Under the pieces are notes generated by a model. The model ran no database searches. It was not told the DNA's origin and worked only from the letters and a program-made list of their open reading frames with translations. The position numbers and the translations under genes were made by a program. From assembly GCA_030704615.1 (NCBI GenBank), contig CM060732.1, positions 62,186,001 through 62,250,000 on the forward strand: 64,000 bases of DNA, in the 5' to 3' direction. Positions 14,001 to 25,204 of the stretch are shown one piece after another (position 1 is the first letter of the stretch; each line of letters starts with the position of its first letter). Source of the stretch: Takakia lepidozioides. Taxonomy: Eukaryota > Plantae > Bryophyta.

Positions 14001-17000
14001 AACCACTTCAACCATCTAGAGAATGCACTCAATAAGAAGTTTTTTGCCGTAGCCTTGGATCAGAGTAGTGAGACCCTACCTGCGCCATCCGGAGCGCAAG
14101 GCCAAGTTTGTTTCGCCAGGTGACCTTCAGCTCCCGCGTTAGCAAAAGCTGAAATTCAGCTCCGAAATTTAGAACATATTCCCTGTCAAATTGTGGACCA
14201 TGAGTTCCTGTCACCTGTAAAAGGCATTCATGTTACAGGTGTGGCACCTTACTTGGATGGTAATTCCTTTTTTCCGATCCTGCACACACGCCCCCTCCTC
14301 TCTGTGTGTGTCCAAGAGCACTACTGGAATCACTCTACTAGCAACTTCCATTTGCCCCCCATCTCTCTGCCTCTTGGTGTGCCTCCAGTCTGCCTGGCCA
14401 GATGTATTAATGCAAGGCTGGAATAATAATACATCCATCTCTCACAGACTCCAACAATACAGAAGCCAACAGTTCCACCCCCATGGAAGGCAAACGTTCA
14501 TGATATTTACCTCTTCAAACGGTCTTTCTAACTGCAATCGGACAGGTTCAGCGACATGCTCAACGGCTCCAGCCAGCCCACCGAGAAGAGTGCTATCTCT
14601 TGCTCGATCATTAGTGTTAAAATATTTCAGCATTCCACCAGCACCCCCAATGGCCACCACTTCATCTCCAGGAGCAATGGCAGTACTATGGTCCATTGAG
14701 ACTTCTGCAAGACTCCCCCCTTTCTCTACCACACCTGCCACAAGGGTTGAGACTGCTTCCTCTCCTCCGCTCCCCTGGTTTGGTCGGGTTTCAGTAAACC
14801 CAAGGCCTAATGGCTGGTTCCCCTGTAGTCCCATTGCAGATCAACAGCAAACCCAAATGATTTGAAAAGCAAATATACTGTATGCTTGAGAACTCCTGTC
14901 TCTATCTCGTCTAGCCAAACCAAGCAATGGCAGATGTCTAGAGAAAGCCCTATAGAGCACATCCTCCTTCCTTATAGCTCCCTATTCAAAGGCACCCCCA
15001 AGAGTGAGAACCACTACCTGTACCCAAAGTTCCTGAAGGAGGTCAACTGAATTCACAACTCTGCGAATGTCTCTGAAGGTTGGAGACAAGAGGTAGCTAG
15101 CCACAAAATCCTCATGTGCAAGGCGGGGGAAACCTGGCTGCAGGAACTGGCTGCCCTCAGGTGTTGTCACCTCCGCGAGAAATTCGCTGACCGTCAAATG
15201 CCTGGGCTTCACATACCTACGGAATAAGCCGGATAATTGACATAAATCTTGAGCTCAAAGGGAGCGAGAAAATTCACACATGGCGGGTAAAGAACCACTT
15301 CCAATCTCTCAGAGAACTTCCAAGAAATGATGATCACCTACCCAAGGCTTTCAAAGTATGGAAGCACATCTTGACGGGGGCCCTGGAACATAACTTGGCC
15401 TTCATCAAGCAGAATGAGGCGATCAAAAAGCTCAAAAATTTCTGGTGAAGGCTGCACAAGTGATGCCATAACTACAACCTGATGGACCCGAGCAAAGATG
15501 CGAGCACTTGTCACCAGATCATAGGTCGCCGAATCATCCACCCCTACGTTCAAGGTCACATAAGTCAGAGATGGTCAGATAGAAGGAGAGGTTAGAAATT
15601 CAATGCAAAAGGAGCCAGGAGGAAATGAAATGAAATGAAATGGTTCTTTATAAGGTAAAATGGGAGAGAGAGGGAAGGTACTGAAGAGTGTGTACACAAA
15701 ATTCGAAAAAAATCAAGACAATATGACGCCCATTTGCTATTTAGTCTAATATCCTTACTTACCTGCATTGAGCTGATCAAAAATGTAGACAGCATAGCTG
15801 CCTGCCATCATTTCAGCTGTGGTTAAACGATGCCGCTCCTCCTCCGTCAGCGAAGGCTGCATCAGGCTACCAACGGGATGTCCACCTATCCTTTTCAGAC
15901 CCAACATACTAAGGGACAATTCTAGCATTGGGTCCTGCCCAGCCTTGAGAGCCTCCCCCATGATCTCTTTCATCTCCCGGCTGTAATCTTCCAGCTTGTA
16001 TGCTTGACTGCAATCACGTGCAAATTCAATTGTTTCTCTCACAGTGAGTTGGGGTAGATGGACATCAAGAGAGTTCACGACGGCTGTCAGGCGATGGTAC
16101 CGGACATCTTGCACATTATTCCCATTGTAAGTCACAGTGCCATCAAGTGCACTGCCTGGACCTAGTGGACGGCCGGCTATCACTTGGAGTAAAGCGCTCT
16201 TGTCACGTCCAGCAGGGCCTGATATATGGTGCACAGGAACATAAATAAAACATTGAGTATGAGCTTGCGCATACTTTGACACCTCAATATTAGAAATGTC
16301 TGAACAATGCCCCCGTATCACTGTGCTGTTGTTGCATAAGACTTCAGCTTGCTGCTTGCCTAGGATAATTATCTGTATCCCAGTCACTCTCTATGCATCC
16401 ATACACTTTTCTGGTTAAACTGGGCACAAGATTTCGAACTTCACAAGCCATCGGCAACAAGAAGCCTGTGACAGAAATTAGGCATACAGCAAGAAATCAG
16501 AGACAGACTGAATACAGCATATTATTGAGAAGTCATAGGTCAAGCAAATTAGGAGTCTCGGGATATTTACCTACAACCAGAGTGAGGGTACCGGGCATCA
16601 GGTACCCAGTTACATCTTTCAACACAGTCATATTCTGGAAGGTTTGCTTTTGCAATCTCAATAGTTCCTTCATCTGGCACCCCCCCCCAAAAGGAGACGA
16701 CGCATCAAAGGATAGGTCAATACTTGCCCATTGAGAAAGGAAAATTTACTCGTTCCTATGAATGTGGACTTCAAACATACTCATTAGGGGTGTTGCCCAT
16801 GTAATACTGACAGTCCTGGACCACTCATGCGGCTCGCAAAAAGCAGGGTTTGAAACTGACTCCACACCATTTTGGAGCTCATCGACAACCCACAACAATC
16901 CTGTAGCAGCTTTGATGGTGTTGGTGTGATGCAGAATCGTTACCACCTCTGCCTAGCACAGGTGTAAATCACTTGAATGTGGTTGCACTGATAAGTCACA

Positions 17001-19593
17001 GTGTTGAGGAATAGTACAGGCAAGTTTATGAATCCCACAGATAGGGCTCATGGCTGTCACAAGAGAAAGAAACAAGAGCAGAGAAGGGCCCTCCACCAGC
17101 AGATCAAAAACAACTCTTGTTCAAGGGATTGTCTAAGAGTCTGGAGAGAGGGGTCCTTATACAAGCAGCCCAAAAAACTACTATTATTCGAAGGATTGTC
17201 TAAGACTCAATGCCTCATGCAGATATGCTGCTAAGCATTTCTGATCCTCGTAATGGAAGGGGTATGTGGGAGATTGGTTATCTCGGAATAGACAATAGAA
17301 CATCCCACAATCGCATAGTAGAGAGGACAGTGAAAGAAGAAATGTTCTTCACTTTCGAAAGCCCAATGAGTTAATGGACTAGAACACATTTGAAACAAAA
17401 CCAACAGTAAAAGACTGCAGAAAGAAGAGCACCTACTGAATATAAAGCAAAGAAATGAAATGAAATGAAATGGTGCTTTATAACATCCGCAGAAAGCTCA
17501 TAGAGCTTATGGGACAAAATGGAAGAAAACATGAGAGAGGAAACAAATGAAATGAAAGAAATGAAATGAAACGGTACTTTACAACATCCCAATAGGAATG
17601 TATAACATCCCTTCAAAACCCAAAGGACACATGAATGCATTAAAAAACACTAAATACGAGAAGAAATAATTAGTGAGTGGAAAAAGTCAATTATAAAAGT
17701 AGCCCACCTTGGTGTACATGGTCTCATAGCCTGTCTCCACCTTCACCTTTGTTGAGTAGGTCAGTCCCTTGAACTTCACTATCTGTCCATGGGAGTTTCT
17801 TAGAGCACGTCAAACTTCACTCATACGTCTAATGGGGAGAATGCAGTGGGAGAGCTACACAATGACCGCTCACCCTGGCCATAGCTTCCTACCAGCTTTG
17901 ACACAATTTGTATTGACAAGTTTGCTTGTGGACTTTTGTGGCTGACAGTAAGTGTGACAGGACTCTTTCTGTCATTGTGTTTTTTGTGGTCCAGCTATTA
18001 ATTCCTGATTCCTCGCCCTCTGGTTTGAGCAAAGGTAATAGAATTCAGAACTGGGAATGGGATATCCGCCAGCCTCGTGTGTGAAACTCAGCCAGAAAAT
18101 AGCCAAGATTAAAGATTTGAACAGTGCAGAAAGAGGAATTTTCCATCTCTTATTTTGATGCAATGCGTGTCTGACCTGCTTTTATCCCAAACAAGTGAAA
18201 TGGAAGACAATGTCATCAAGCAGAGTCAAACCTGGCTGGGAATGGGAGTTAGATATGGCTGCACCATCAGCAAATACTCCAATAGACCTTCCTTCAGCAA
18301 TAGGTCCATGCCCTGTTGCTCCCGCTCTGTTCCTCCCAACTCCACCCCTGATCGTAATTTTGTGAGCAAGCTCGAAATTTGACCAGCTTCTTCCGTGAGT
18401 CCATGTTTCAGTAAGGCTTGGTGATACAGACCCACTACATGTATCAGAAAGGCTTGTGGAGCTTCTCCCAAAGCGGAATAAAAAGCTTGCGATAATTCTC
18501 CTGGTCTTCCTTCATCCCCTCTGAGATAGCGGTCATAATGTAGGCATGATCCTGATGAGCCTTTCCCAGGGGTTTCAAATCCAAGTACCGGAGTGTCTGG
18601 AGTTTCCCTGTCACCTGGCCTATAACGCAAGCCCTCCTCAGAGGCCTCTGAGAACCGGAAATCATCCCCATCTCTTTCATCCTCACCTGGATCATAGGAG
18701 GTAGATTATAAATATGTCTGAACAAAAGGGTACCTGCACTTGCCACTTGCACACATGGTCAACAGGAATTTTTAAAAAGCAGAAGGAAAGAAGTAGATAA
18801 GGCGACAGGGACCCAATTGCACAAGGTAGAATGGCATGAAACCACGCAAGAAAAACATCCAACTCCGCCTGATCCCGATAGGAAGTGCCTCATGCATGCC
18901 TTGGGGTCCTCAAAGAGACTGAGTATTCATACCTGTGCTGTATTGTACAGCACCCTGTGTGGATCCCTCTGTGTCTACAAAGCTCTCATGTGATTGCCTG
19001 GTTGTTTCAAATCTGTCAGTTAGTCTGAATGAAACTTGATCCGAGCTTTTGGCCAACCGGATATCCTCAAGCCCAAAATAGCCTCCTGAACAACCTCGAG
19101 CACGGGCACTCTCCCTCATACATTGAAGGCTGAGAGAATGGTCAAGCCATTCATCCAACCCCTCCTCGAGCAAAACTCTGGGATCAAACAACAACCCTGT
19201 TGTGGACGCTGCTCTGCTGGCACCTTCCACAATTGGACCTGAAAAGCTTACATGTGCTGTATGGCCTCTCGATCCGCTAGAACGCCCCCTCCGCAACACT
19301 GCATCACCATTGCCACATGAATTGGTGGCAACAGAGTACCGACTGGCAAGTGTCAGAGGTGGTGGAAAGTCTTGCTCTGTGAAGACACCATCACTGGCCA
19401 CTTCAGGCTCCCAAGGTGACGTCCTCACATGGCTGAAGGTAGATACTGAGCTGAGGCAAGGAGTTCCCACTTCTCCGAATGCCTCTCTGCCCAACCCATC
19501 AGAGCTGACACTCTCTGATCTCCCCGTCTGTTCTTCTATACCACTTAGCTCACTCGGTTCTCGCCTGTGTGAGCTCCTGTAATAGCCCACCAT
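2001..19593 (-). CDS. Full-size ABCG (PDR-type, NBD-TMD-NBD-TMD) transporter-like protein, 19 exons, about 1790 aa, with internal PDZ-like domain
   Basis: Exons with phase-compatible GT-AG junctions: 19593-18933, 18686-18232, 17782-17708, 16673-16571, 16218-15763, 15543-15342, 15216-15018, 14822-14511, 14214-14080, 12153-11899, 10900-10726, 10425-10040, 9906-9657, 9528-9317, 8762-8565, 8195-8046, 3815-3261, 2945-2772, 2420-2001 (5373 nt, open). PDR motifs: VLKDVTGYLMPGTLTLVVG, LTVRETIEFA, QPSPEIFELFDRLILL, EFLAEVTT, ERAIYYKQ, WIWAYYLDPLQWG..ALIINEF, GSTGAGKTTLL, NGYPKKQETF, FLDEPTKGLDS, GGETVYFGP, YFEAIPG. The ATG is preceded by an AG, so an upstream exon cannot be excluded. Confidence 0.9.
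2488..2565 (-). mobile_element. LINE family A extreme 3' end (hairpin plus CATTT tail)
   Basis: Reverse strand reads CCCACAAGCTCTTTGAGCTTTCCATGGACGTTATAGAGTACCACTTCATTTCATTTC. Confidence 0.75.
4035..6070 (+). mobile_element. LINE family B (RTEX-like) 5'-truncated, degenerate copy in an ABCG intron
   Basis: RT motifs RGCLDHIF, FLDVKKAYDTVWR, GVAQGCNLSPLLF, MFADD; C-terminal CPLCG..EDNIHFLIHC; frameshifts and stops; closely similar to 42458-44086. Confidence 0.92.
5229..5758. mobile_element. 530-bp insertion nested in the LINE, TG...CA ends, GGCGACA direct repeat at both ends, no TSD
   Basis: Absent from the homologous LINE copies (CAGAG|AGGAAAGG at ~43673 and ~57323). GGCGACA at 5230-5236 and 5752-5758. 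Internal ~35-bp tandem duplication near 5515-5592. Confidence 0.75.
6340..6575 (+). mobile_element. LINE family A 3' fragment
   Basis: Degenerate GSH.L.IE.GRW.NL / ETEDHFFF.CP region, similar to 13520-13760. Confidence 0.75.
7295..7660 (+). mobile_element. LINE family A 3' fragment with CATTT tail
   Basis: Similar to 13520-13916; GAGCTC-TTT-GAGCTT hairpin followed by ACCATTTCATTTC. Confidence 0.8.
8803..9200 (-). mobile_element. Two LINE family A 3'-end fragments (about 8803-8865 and 9078-9200)
   Basis: GAAATG repeats on the plus strand plus AAGCTC..AGCTT hairpin motif. Confidence 0.65.
11236..11850 (-). mobile_element. LINE family A 3' portion plus adjacent second fragment
   Basis: ORF 11348-11785 encodes GRFSVGSHNLRIETGRW...CPAC...ETEEHFFFYCPLY; tail (CATTT)n; inverted near-copy of 13415-13916. 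Confidence 0.9.
12250..13917 (+). mobile_element. LINE family A (RTEX-like), 5'-truncated, with internal deletion of the RT core
   Basis: NYRTIMV, QAGFRR, TIDHIFTL, FVDFHKAFDSVPR, then a jump at ~13093 to the C-terminal region (no GC.LSP or YADD motif). Ends AAGCTCTATGAGCTT...(CATTT)4. Confidence 0.92.
14511..14822 (-). other. PDZ-like domain exon inside the ABCG gene
   Basis: Phase 0-0 exon of 312 nt encoding GNQPLGLGF...TLVAGVVEKGGSLAE...IAPGDEVVAIGG...PVRLQLER: GLGF loop, GG.A helix, GD.VVAI strand and terminal strand in canonical PDZ order. Confidence 0.72.
17040..17600 (-). mobile_element. Cluster of LINE family A 3' fragments
   Basis: Repeated matches to the family A 3' end; GAAAT arrays at 17452-17471 and 17545-17571. 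Confidence 0.8.
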
Positions 19594-19729
19594 CTAGGTG
19601 TGGTCCTGCCCGCTCCTGGCTTCTCCTCTGGATCCTCGCAAGTTCCCTACCGAAAAAATGGTGTGTACATCGTCACTTAATGAAAATAAATATAAACAGC
19701 TAATAGCCAACCGTCTATCTGTCTCTCTT

Positions 19730-19850
19730 TGTTTGTGGGCTGCTTGTGGAGGGGCGCTCTCTCTTTCTTTCTTCATGCTTTCTCCTGTCCCATAAGCTCT
19801 TTGAGCTTAATTCCGTGGACGTTATGAAAAGTATCACTTCATTTCATTTC
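19730..19850 (+). mobile_element. LINE family A 3' end
   Basis: CCCATAAGCTCTTTGAGCTT...GGACGTTATG...CATTTCATTTC. Confidence 0.75.
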
Positions 19851-21673
19851 TGCCTCTCTCACTCCCGTGGAAAATTTCGCTCGTTCGTTCTTTCTTCCTT
19901 GTTGGTTCTTTCAGTTTGTGTTCGTGACCAGGTAGAGAAAAATTATATCTAGAACTTGCATCCTGCAGGGCTAATGACTGGTTGGCTGAGGCATTTCTGT
20001 AGCAGCAAAGTATGACTCGTAAGAAATCTCTCCGTCCCACAGCCATTCCTTGACCATTTTAGCACCCAACTCTGTTGTACCCAAAGGTCGTCTAAAATAA
20101 CAGAACTAGCGCCCAACAGACAAGGGATCAGTAAAGCAGGCCAGCGTCGTGTCTAACCCACTGACCTGAAGTCGTCAATAATATACCAGAAGACAGTGTG
20201 GTTACACCAGAAGTTGCAAAAATTGATACAATCATTGCGACAGAATGCAGAGTGAACAATTCTGTACCACTACTTCAGAACGTATATCGTGTTGTAAAGC
20301 AGCCCAATAGTTGACCGCACCACTACAGCAGGTGCAGCAGGTGCAAAGGAAGTCTACCCAGGTGTCGTTTTGGAGGAGGACTTACATCCAGTTCTAAGTG
20401 TGGATTGTTGAGCGAGAAGACCTCTATGTACAAAGTACAAAGCCAAGTGGTATATATTCACGAAAAAATCAGTACTTGGGAGAGAAAAGGAAGGAAGGAA
20501 CTCTATAACGTCCACTGGAAGCCCCCAGGCCCATGCAACAAAAAGAGAACAACACCTGGTAGAACCTGTAGCACTTCACTGACTGTTTGGATCTAGACTG
20601 GTTTGAGTGACTGCTACCCTCAGAACGCAGCTCAATTCTGTTGAAAATGCTCACTTCACCAGCTCTGTTCACGTCCCAGCTTCACTCAGCCACCTTCGCA
20701 TTCTGTGAAGTTGAGCCACCTCTCTTTCTCCAAAAATCCAACGGTTACGAAACGAAGACAAATTCCTCTGCCAATTGGCCTGTTTCCACAACAAAGACCC
20801 ACCTGCACCCCAACTTCCCCCTCCAAATTCCAAACTTCCCAACACCCTCTCTCTCTCTCCCCACAGTGCCGGCTCTGTATACGTCCAAACCGTCGAATCC
20901 ACTCCAACCTTCCCCCTTCACCGCAGTCTCACAAAAACCCAGCTCCCAAGACCACCCACCTGCAGCTCCTCAGTTTCAAGAGCCACCGGACAGAGTTTGC
21001 ATCCCACAAAATCCGCCATTTGCTCGCGCAAAGTTGAGGGTCAGGCCATCCCGACATCACAGATTCCTCGGACCAATAACAACTTTCTATATTTATCCTG
21101 ATTCTCTTCCACATTGTAGAGTGGCTATGAAATAAGTATCCGACCACCAGCTCGTAAGCCGGCTGTACCGAGCTGTGTGCTGTTATCTTTAGACTTTCTT
21201 CCCCATCCCATCCCTCGGGTGCTGTGCTCACTGTCACTCCCAGATCTCTTCGCATATTCCTTGGGCCGACAACAACAACAATTGATTTGAGATGCATAAT
21301 CTGAGGCCCACATCTCACTCTCAACCTCGTCATTATCTGTCTACTTACTACAATCAAGAGTCTAGTCCCAAAACTTATCATAAAATACTCGGAGGCTGCA
21401 GTGTACAGTACATCCGCAGATATAAATTCAGTACACAGAGAGTTTGCAACAAACTTGGAAGGCTGTTGTCAGAGAGTGCGAGTGTGGCACAGTTATCCAG
21501 ACAGTCGGTTTGCATGGGATGGGAACAGAACGGTCCCTGAAACTAAGTGCTCTGAATTCACGCGTGTGTAATCCCTTGCCCCCTCTTTTATGCCCATGCC
21601 CTGTCAGTGGTCAGATGACAGAGAGTGGCTCATGCATGAGCATGTAACCCTTGGGGTGTTGAAGGGTCTTGTG

Positions 21674-21820
21674 CAGTGTTGTGTGGTTCTCGCCATATTG
21701 AAGGAACCGCCGATTCCGGTTCCTTGGTATATTTGAAGAGGCGGTTCCGGTTCCAGTACCGGTTTCCAGGAACCGGAACCGCCGGTCCTAACCCGCCTAA
21801 GCGGTGCCCGCACAACACTG
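21674..21820. mobile_element. hAT-type MITE, 147 bp
   Basis: TIR CAGTGTTGTG / CACAACACTG; perfect 8-bp TSD GTCTTGTG (21666-21673 and 21821-21828); internal GGAACCG/CGGTTCC repeats. Confidence 0.93.
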
Positions 21821-24206
21821 GTCTTGTGTCTTGTCCATTTCATGAGATATGATGTACAGTATGTAGTAGCATCACAGGTCTTTGCATAAGTTAGTAAACA
21901 GTCTCCCACTTCTGCAAAGCACCTGGGAGTCGCAGAGCAAGATGCTCCTTAGCAGAGGTATGATTGGAAGGAATGATCAGTCCATACACTATCTTCTTTT
22001 TTTTCTATTTTCTTTCCCAAACAAAGGGGGAGATTAGGCTTGCATCACTGACTGTGTGCCATATGGTGTGTGTAATCAGGGGTTTTAATTTTTTCCCCTC
22101 AATAATTCCAAAACAAGCGGCTAGATGCATATCCTCTTTGCGAACAGTGAAATCTACTTTCATCCATCATAAACCTAAAAATTCATCCATTTATTTTCCA
22201 TAAATCATTCAATAAGAAAGATGTTATCGTAGGGAGGTATTACCTTGAGAAGCATATGAGGAAGTAGTTTTCAGGAAAAGAGAGGAGGTACCGCCTGGGG
22301 AAGGCACAACAGGGGCTTAGCGATTTTTGAGAGAGATGTGTGGTCTCCTCTTCAGCCTTCCCAGCCTTCCCATAGTTCCCTGTTTCTTTCAAAACCAAAA
22401 AAAAAGTAAAAAAAAAGGGGGAAGATCAGTGTTTTTTCTTAATTTGGAAAATAACAGGAGTTGGCTACTGAGTTTTGCAAGAAATAGCCATATTTTCTGT
22501 TCATCCACTGAAATTTGGATTGAATCATCCTCCTCTGTACTTTCATCCATGTATATCATCCATATTTGGCAAATTCATCCACAGTTTATATTTTATTTGG
22601 AGAAGTTTTGCGATTTCATCCATTAGAAAACAAGGAATTTACGACAGAATATGCCATTTTATTTTTGTGAGGTCGAAATATTACGAAAATTCGCCAGAAA
22701 TAAAAACTCGGGGAGAGATTAGGAGATAGTGGAAAAAATGACCATGAAAGAAGGCCACTCTTTCCCGCAGAGCAAGTCCCACTTCAATTTGACCAAGCTG
22801 GCCACAGTTGAAGCAAGCGGCTGATGTAGTTTCCTCAATGATTCGGATAGTGTAGTAATTCCCTTCCTCATCAATAGGTTGTAAAGGGAAAACCAGTGCC
22901 AATAAAACCCTAGGGGTTTATCAAATGGATGATGGGCGGATGGAAGTATGATGCAGTTAGAAGGTGTGGGCATGGGAAACAACAATGAATGTGCGAAGGG
23001 CAAGTGCGGATGAAGGGCATGGTAAGGATGAATGAAGTTAAGGATGCTTCACTGCGATGACGGATGAACGGGCTATGAACACTGAACAGTCAGCAGCGAA
23101 AGAAGTTCATCGGTGGGGGCAAGGGTGAACACTCGCTCTGATGTATCCCTCATGGACCTTCACATGGTTATTTTTTTCATGTTTTTTAATTTGAATTACG
23201 GGCCTCCGTCCCCTTTTTTCTTTTTCTTTAAAAAAAAAAAACTATGATACGGTGTGTGACTCATGGTGTACTCCATAGTTTTAATCTTTTACTCTAATAA
23301 TCCCAAATAAATGCTCCATCCCCTGTTTCTAAGACTTAAGATAAAAATAGAAATAGAAGACTAAGTTTAGTTGGGTGAGAAAATTTTAATTCTATGTGCA
23401 GTTAAAGTTTTTTTTAATGGATTTTCAATCGCACTCCTTATTTTTTAGCTTGATTTCAGCTCTAACTTTCTAGAGGATAAAGTACACCTACTAAGGATAG
23501 GCCCTACTCATCCAAATTGGATGAAGTTTTGATGCCCATTCATCTGTAAGATCTGTTGTGGTGGGTCAAAAGTCATAAGCACATTTTTTTTAAATTGCAA
23601 GGACAGAGCCGAAAAATTTAAAAAGTGAAAAAAAACTATACCAGGCCTAGTCGGAGGCCTACATAGGGGTATCATGAAATTCGTACCGTAGATTTGGGAA
23701 ATGTAATGGAAATGGTGGTTTGTCACGAATGAGTGGAAGTGATTCAGATTCAATGATGGGTTTGCGAAATTAATCTTGAAATCTACGACAAAAATTGTTG
23801 GACAATGTGGTGCTTTATAGTACAAATTTTGCAATATGTGATGAAATGGATTGACGGAATCAATTGATCCACTAAGAATATCTCATGCAGCACGGTAAAG
23901 ACACCCGGCCAACGCCAATATAGTCCCCGAAGCAAAGGGTGGGGCCCAAATTAAACCCCAATTGCAATAACACCAAATAATTTGTGGTGGGGCCACTAAA
24001 ATTTGCATTTCCCCGCCAGATTTGCCTAGATACGGGCTCCAAACCTAGTCTGCCAGTATGTTTGGATCCCTTTTATGACTACACGTATCTCCAAGCGAGC
24101 CAGCGTGACTACTGTGCGCACGTTGCCATGGCAGCAACTCCATCCCAAGCTAAAGTGACGAGAGCACCTACTTGCGAAAACGAAGAAGACGTTCAAACGT
24201 GGCCGT

Positions 24207-25200
24207 TAGGGGATTCCAAAAGGGCCTTGATGTGAAATGCCTCACAATTCAATTAATCACCCACTAAAAGTGTCACAAGCCACAAAAGGTACATAATGAC
24301 CTTGCAATGACTTCACCCTTTTAAGCATGCTCAACATAACAGCAGTTATGAGATCAAAAGCCATACCACACCAGATAAGGAGCTTGTTCGGAATTTTCAG
24401 AATTTCTTTCAGGCTTGGGGCAGCCTTGCTATCAATCCAGCAGGAATCCTCTAGAAGGGCACCAAAATCCTGCCATATACAAGAAGTATATTTCAAGGTT
24501 ATCATCTGAGAAACATACATATTTGTGGACTTTTGTAAATAACAAACAAGCATCTTGCCTATCTGAGATGATCGTGTTCTTAGTCACCACAAGCTATCGT
24601 TTTCCATAAGCTATCGTTCTTAGTGATGCAAGGTCATTTGCTTTGGAAAGAGAAGTTGAGAGTAACAATCCAGAAGATGTCATGAAACCCTTGCTGCACC
24701 TACGGGTGCCAATTTCTCCTGTTCTATCCTGCCACAAAGAGCAAGCCATCAGCTCCTTGCCAGGCATTTCAGACTTCAGTTGTAAAGATACATGATAAAG
24801 GTGCATGATAAATATGGATGGTAACGGTACATGATAAAGGTACATGATAAATGTGGATGATAAATGTGAAGTATGCAATGACTGAAAAATAATAATTAAT
24901 TCTACAGAAATAGGCATCTCCTGCGGAAATATGTTCTGTATGTTCGAAATAAACACATGACGTGGCGTGGCCTGGGCTCATAGGCTCACAAGCTCACCTC
25001 CAGGCTCACGATCTAGCATTCCCCGTGTTCTTATGAATGCAATACCTTATCTTCCATAAGTTAATAGTTATATATTATAATTTAATTGAATTGCGAGTTG
25101 ACAATTCACTTGAATTACGAATTTGTAATTCAATTGAATTCTTAATTCTTAATTCAATTAAAAAAATTGCAATTCAATTGAATTGATCAGCTTAATGGTG
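24207..25200. mobile_element. Older, degenerate relative of the foldback element at 25495
   Basis: 24207-24275 matches the left terminus of the 25495 element; AATTCAATTGAATT arrays at 25080-25190; short ATGATAAA tandem repeats at 24790-24868. Confidence 0.55.
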
Positions 25201-25204
25201 CAAT

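Noticed and set aside
14230-14865. 211-aa plus-strand ORF
   Set aside because: Antisense shadow of the PDZ exon; similar shadows occur at 2004-2483 and 19202-19582.
18444-18752. Alternative ORF and acceptor for ABCG exon 2
   Set aside because: That frame stops at 18444; the acceptor before 18686 gives the continuous frame.
22681-22902. CFNCGQLG zinc-knuckle-like peptide
   Set aside because: CCHC motif incomplete and no gag context; at most a TE relic in an unclassified repeat region (about 21960-24200).
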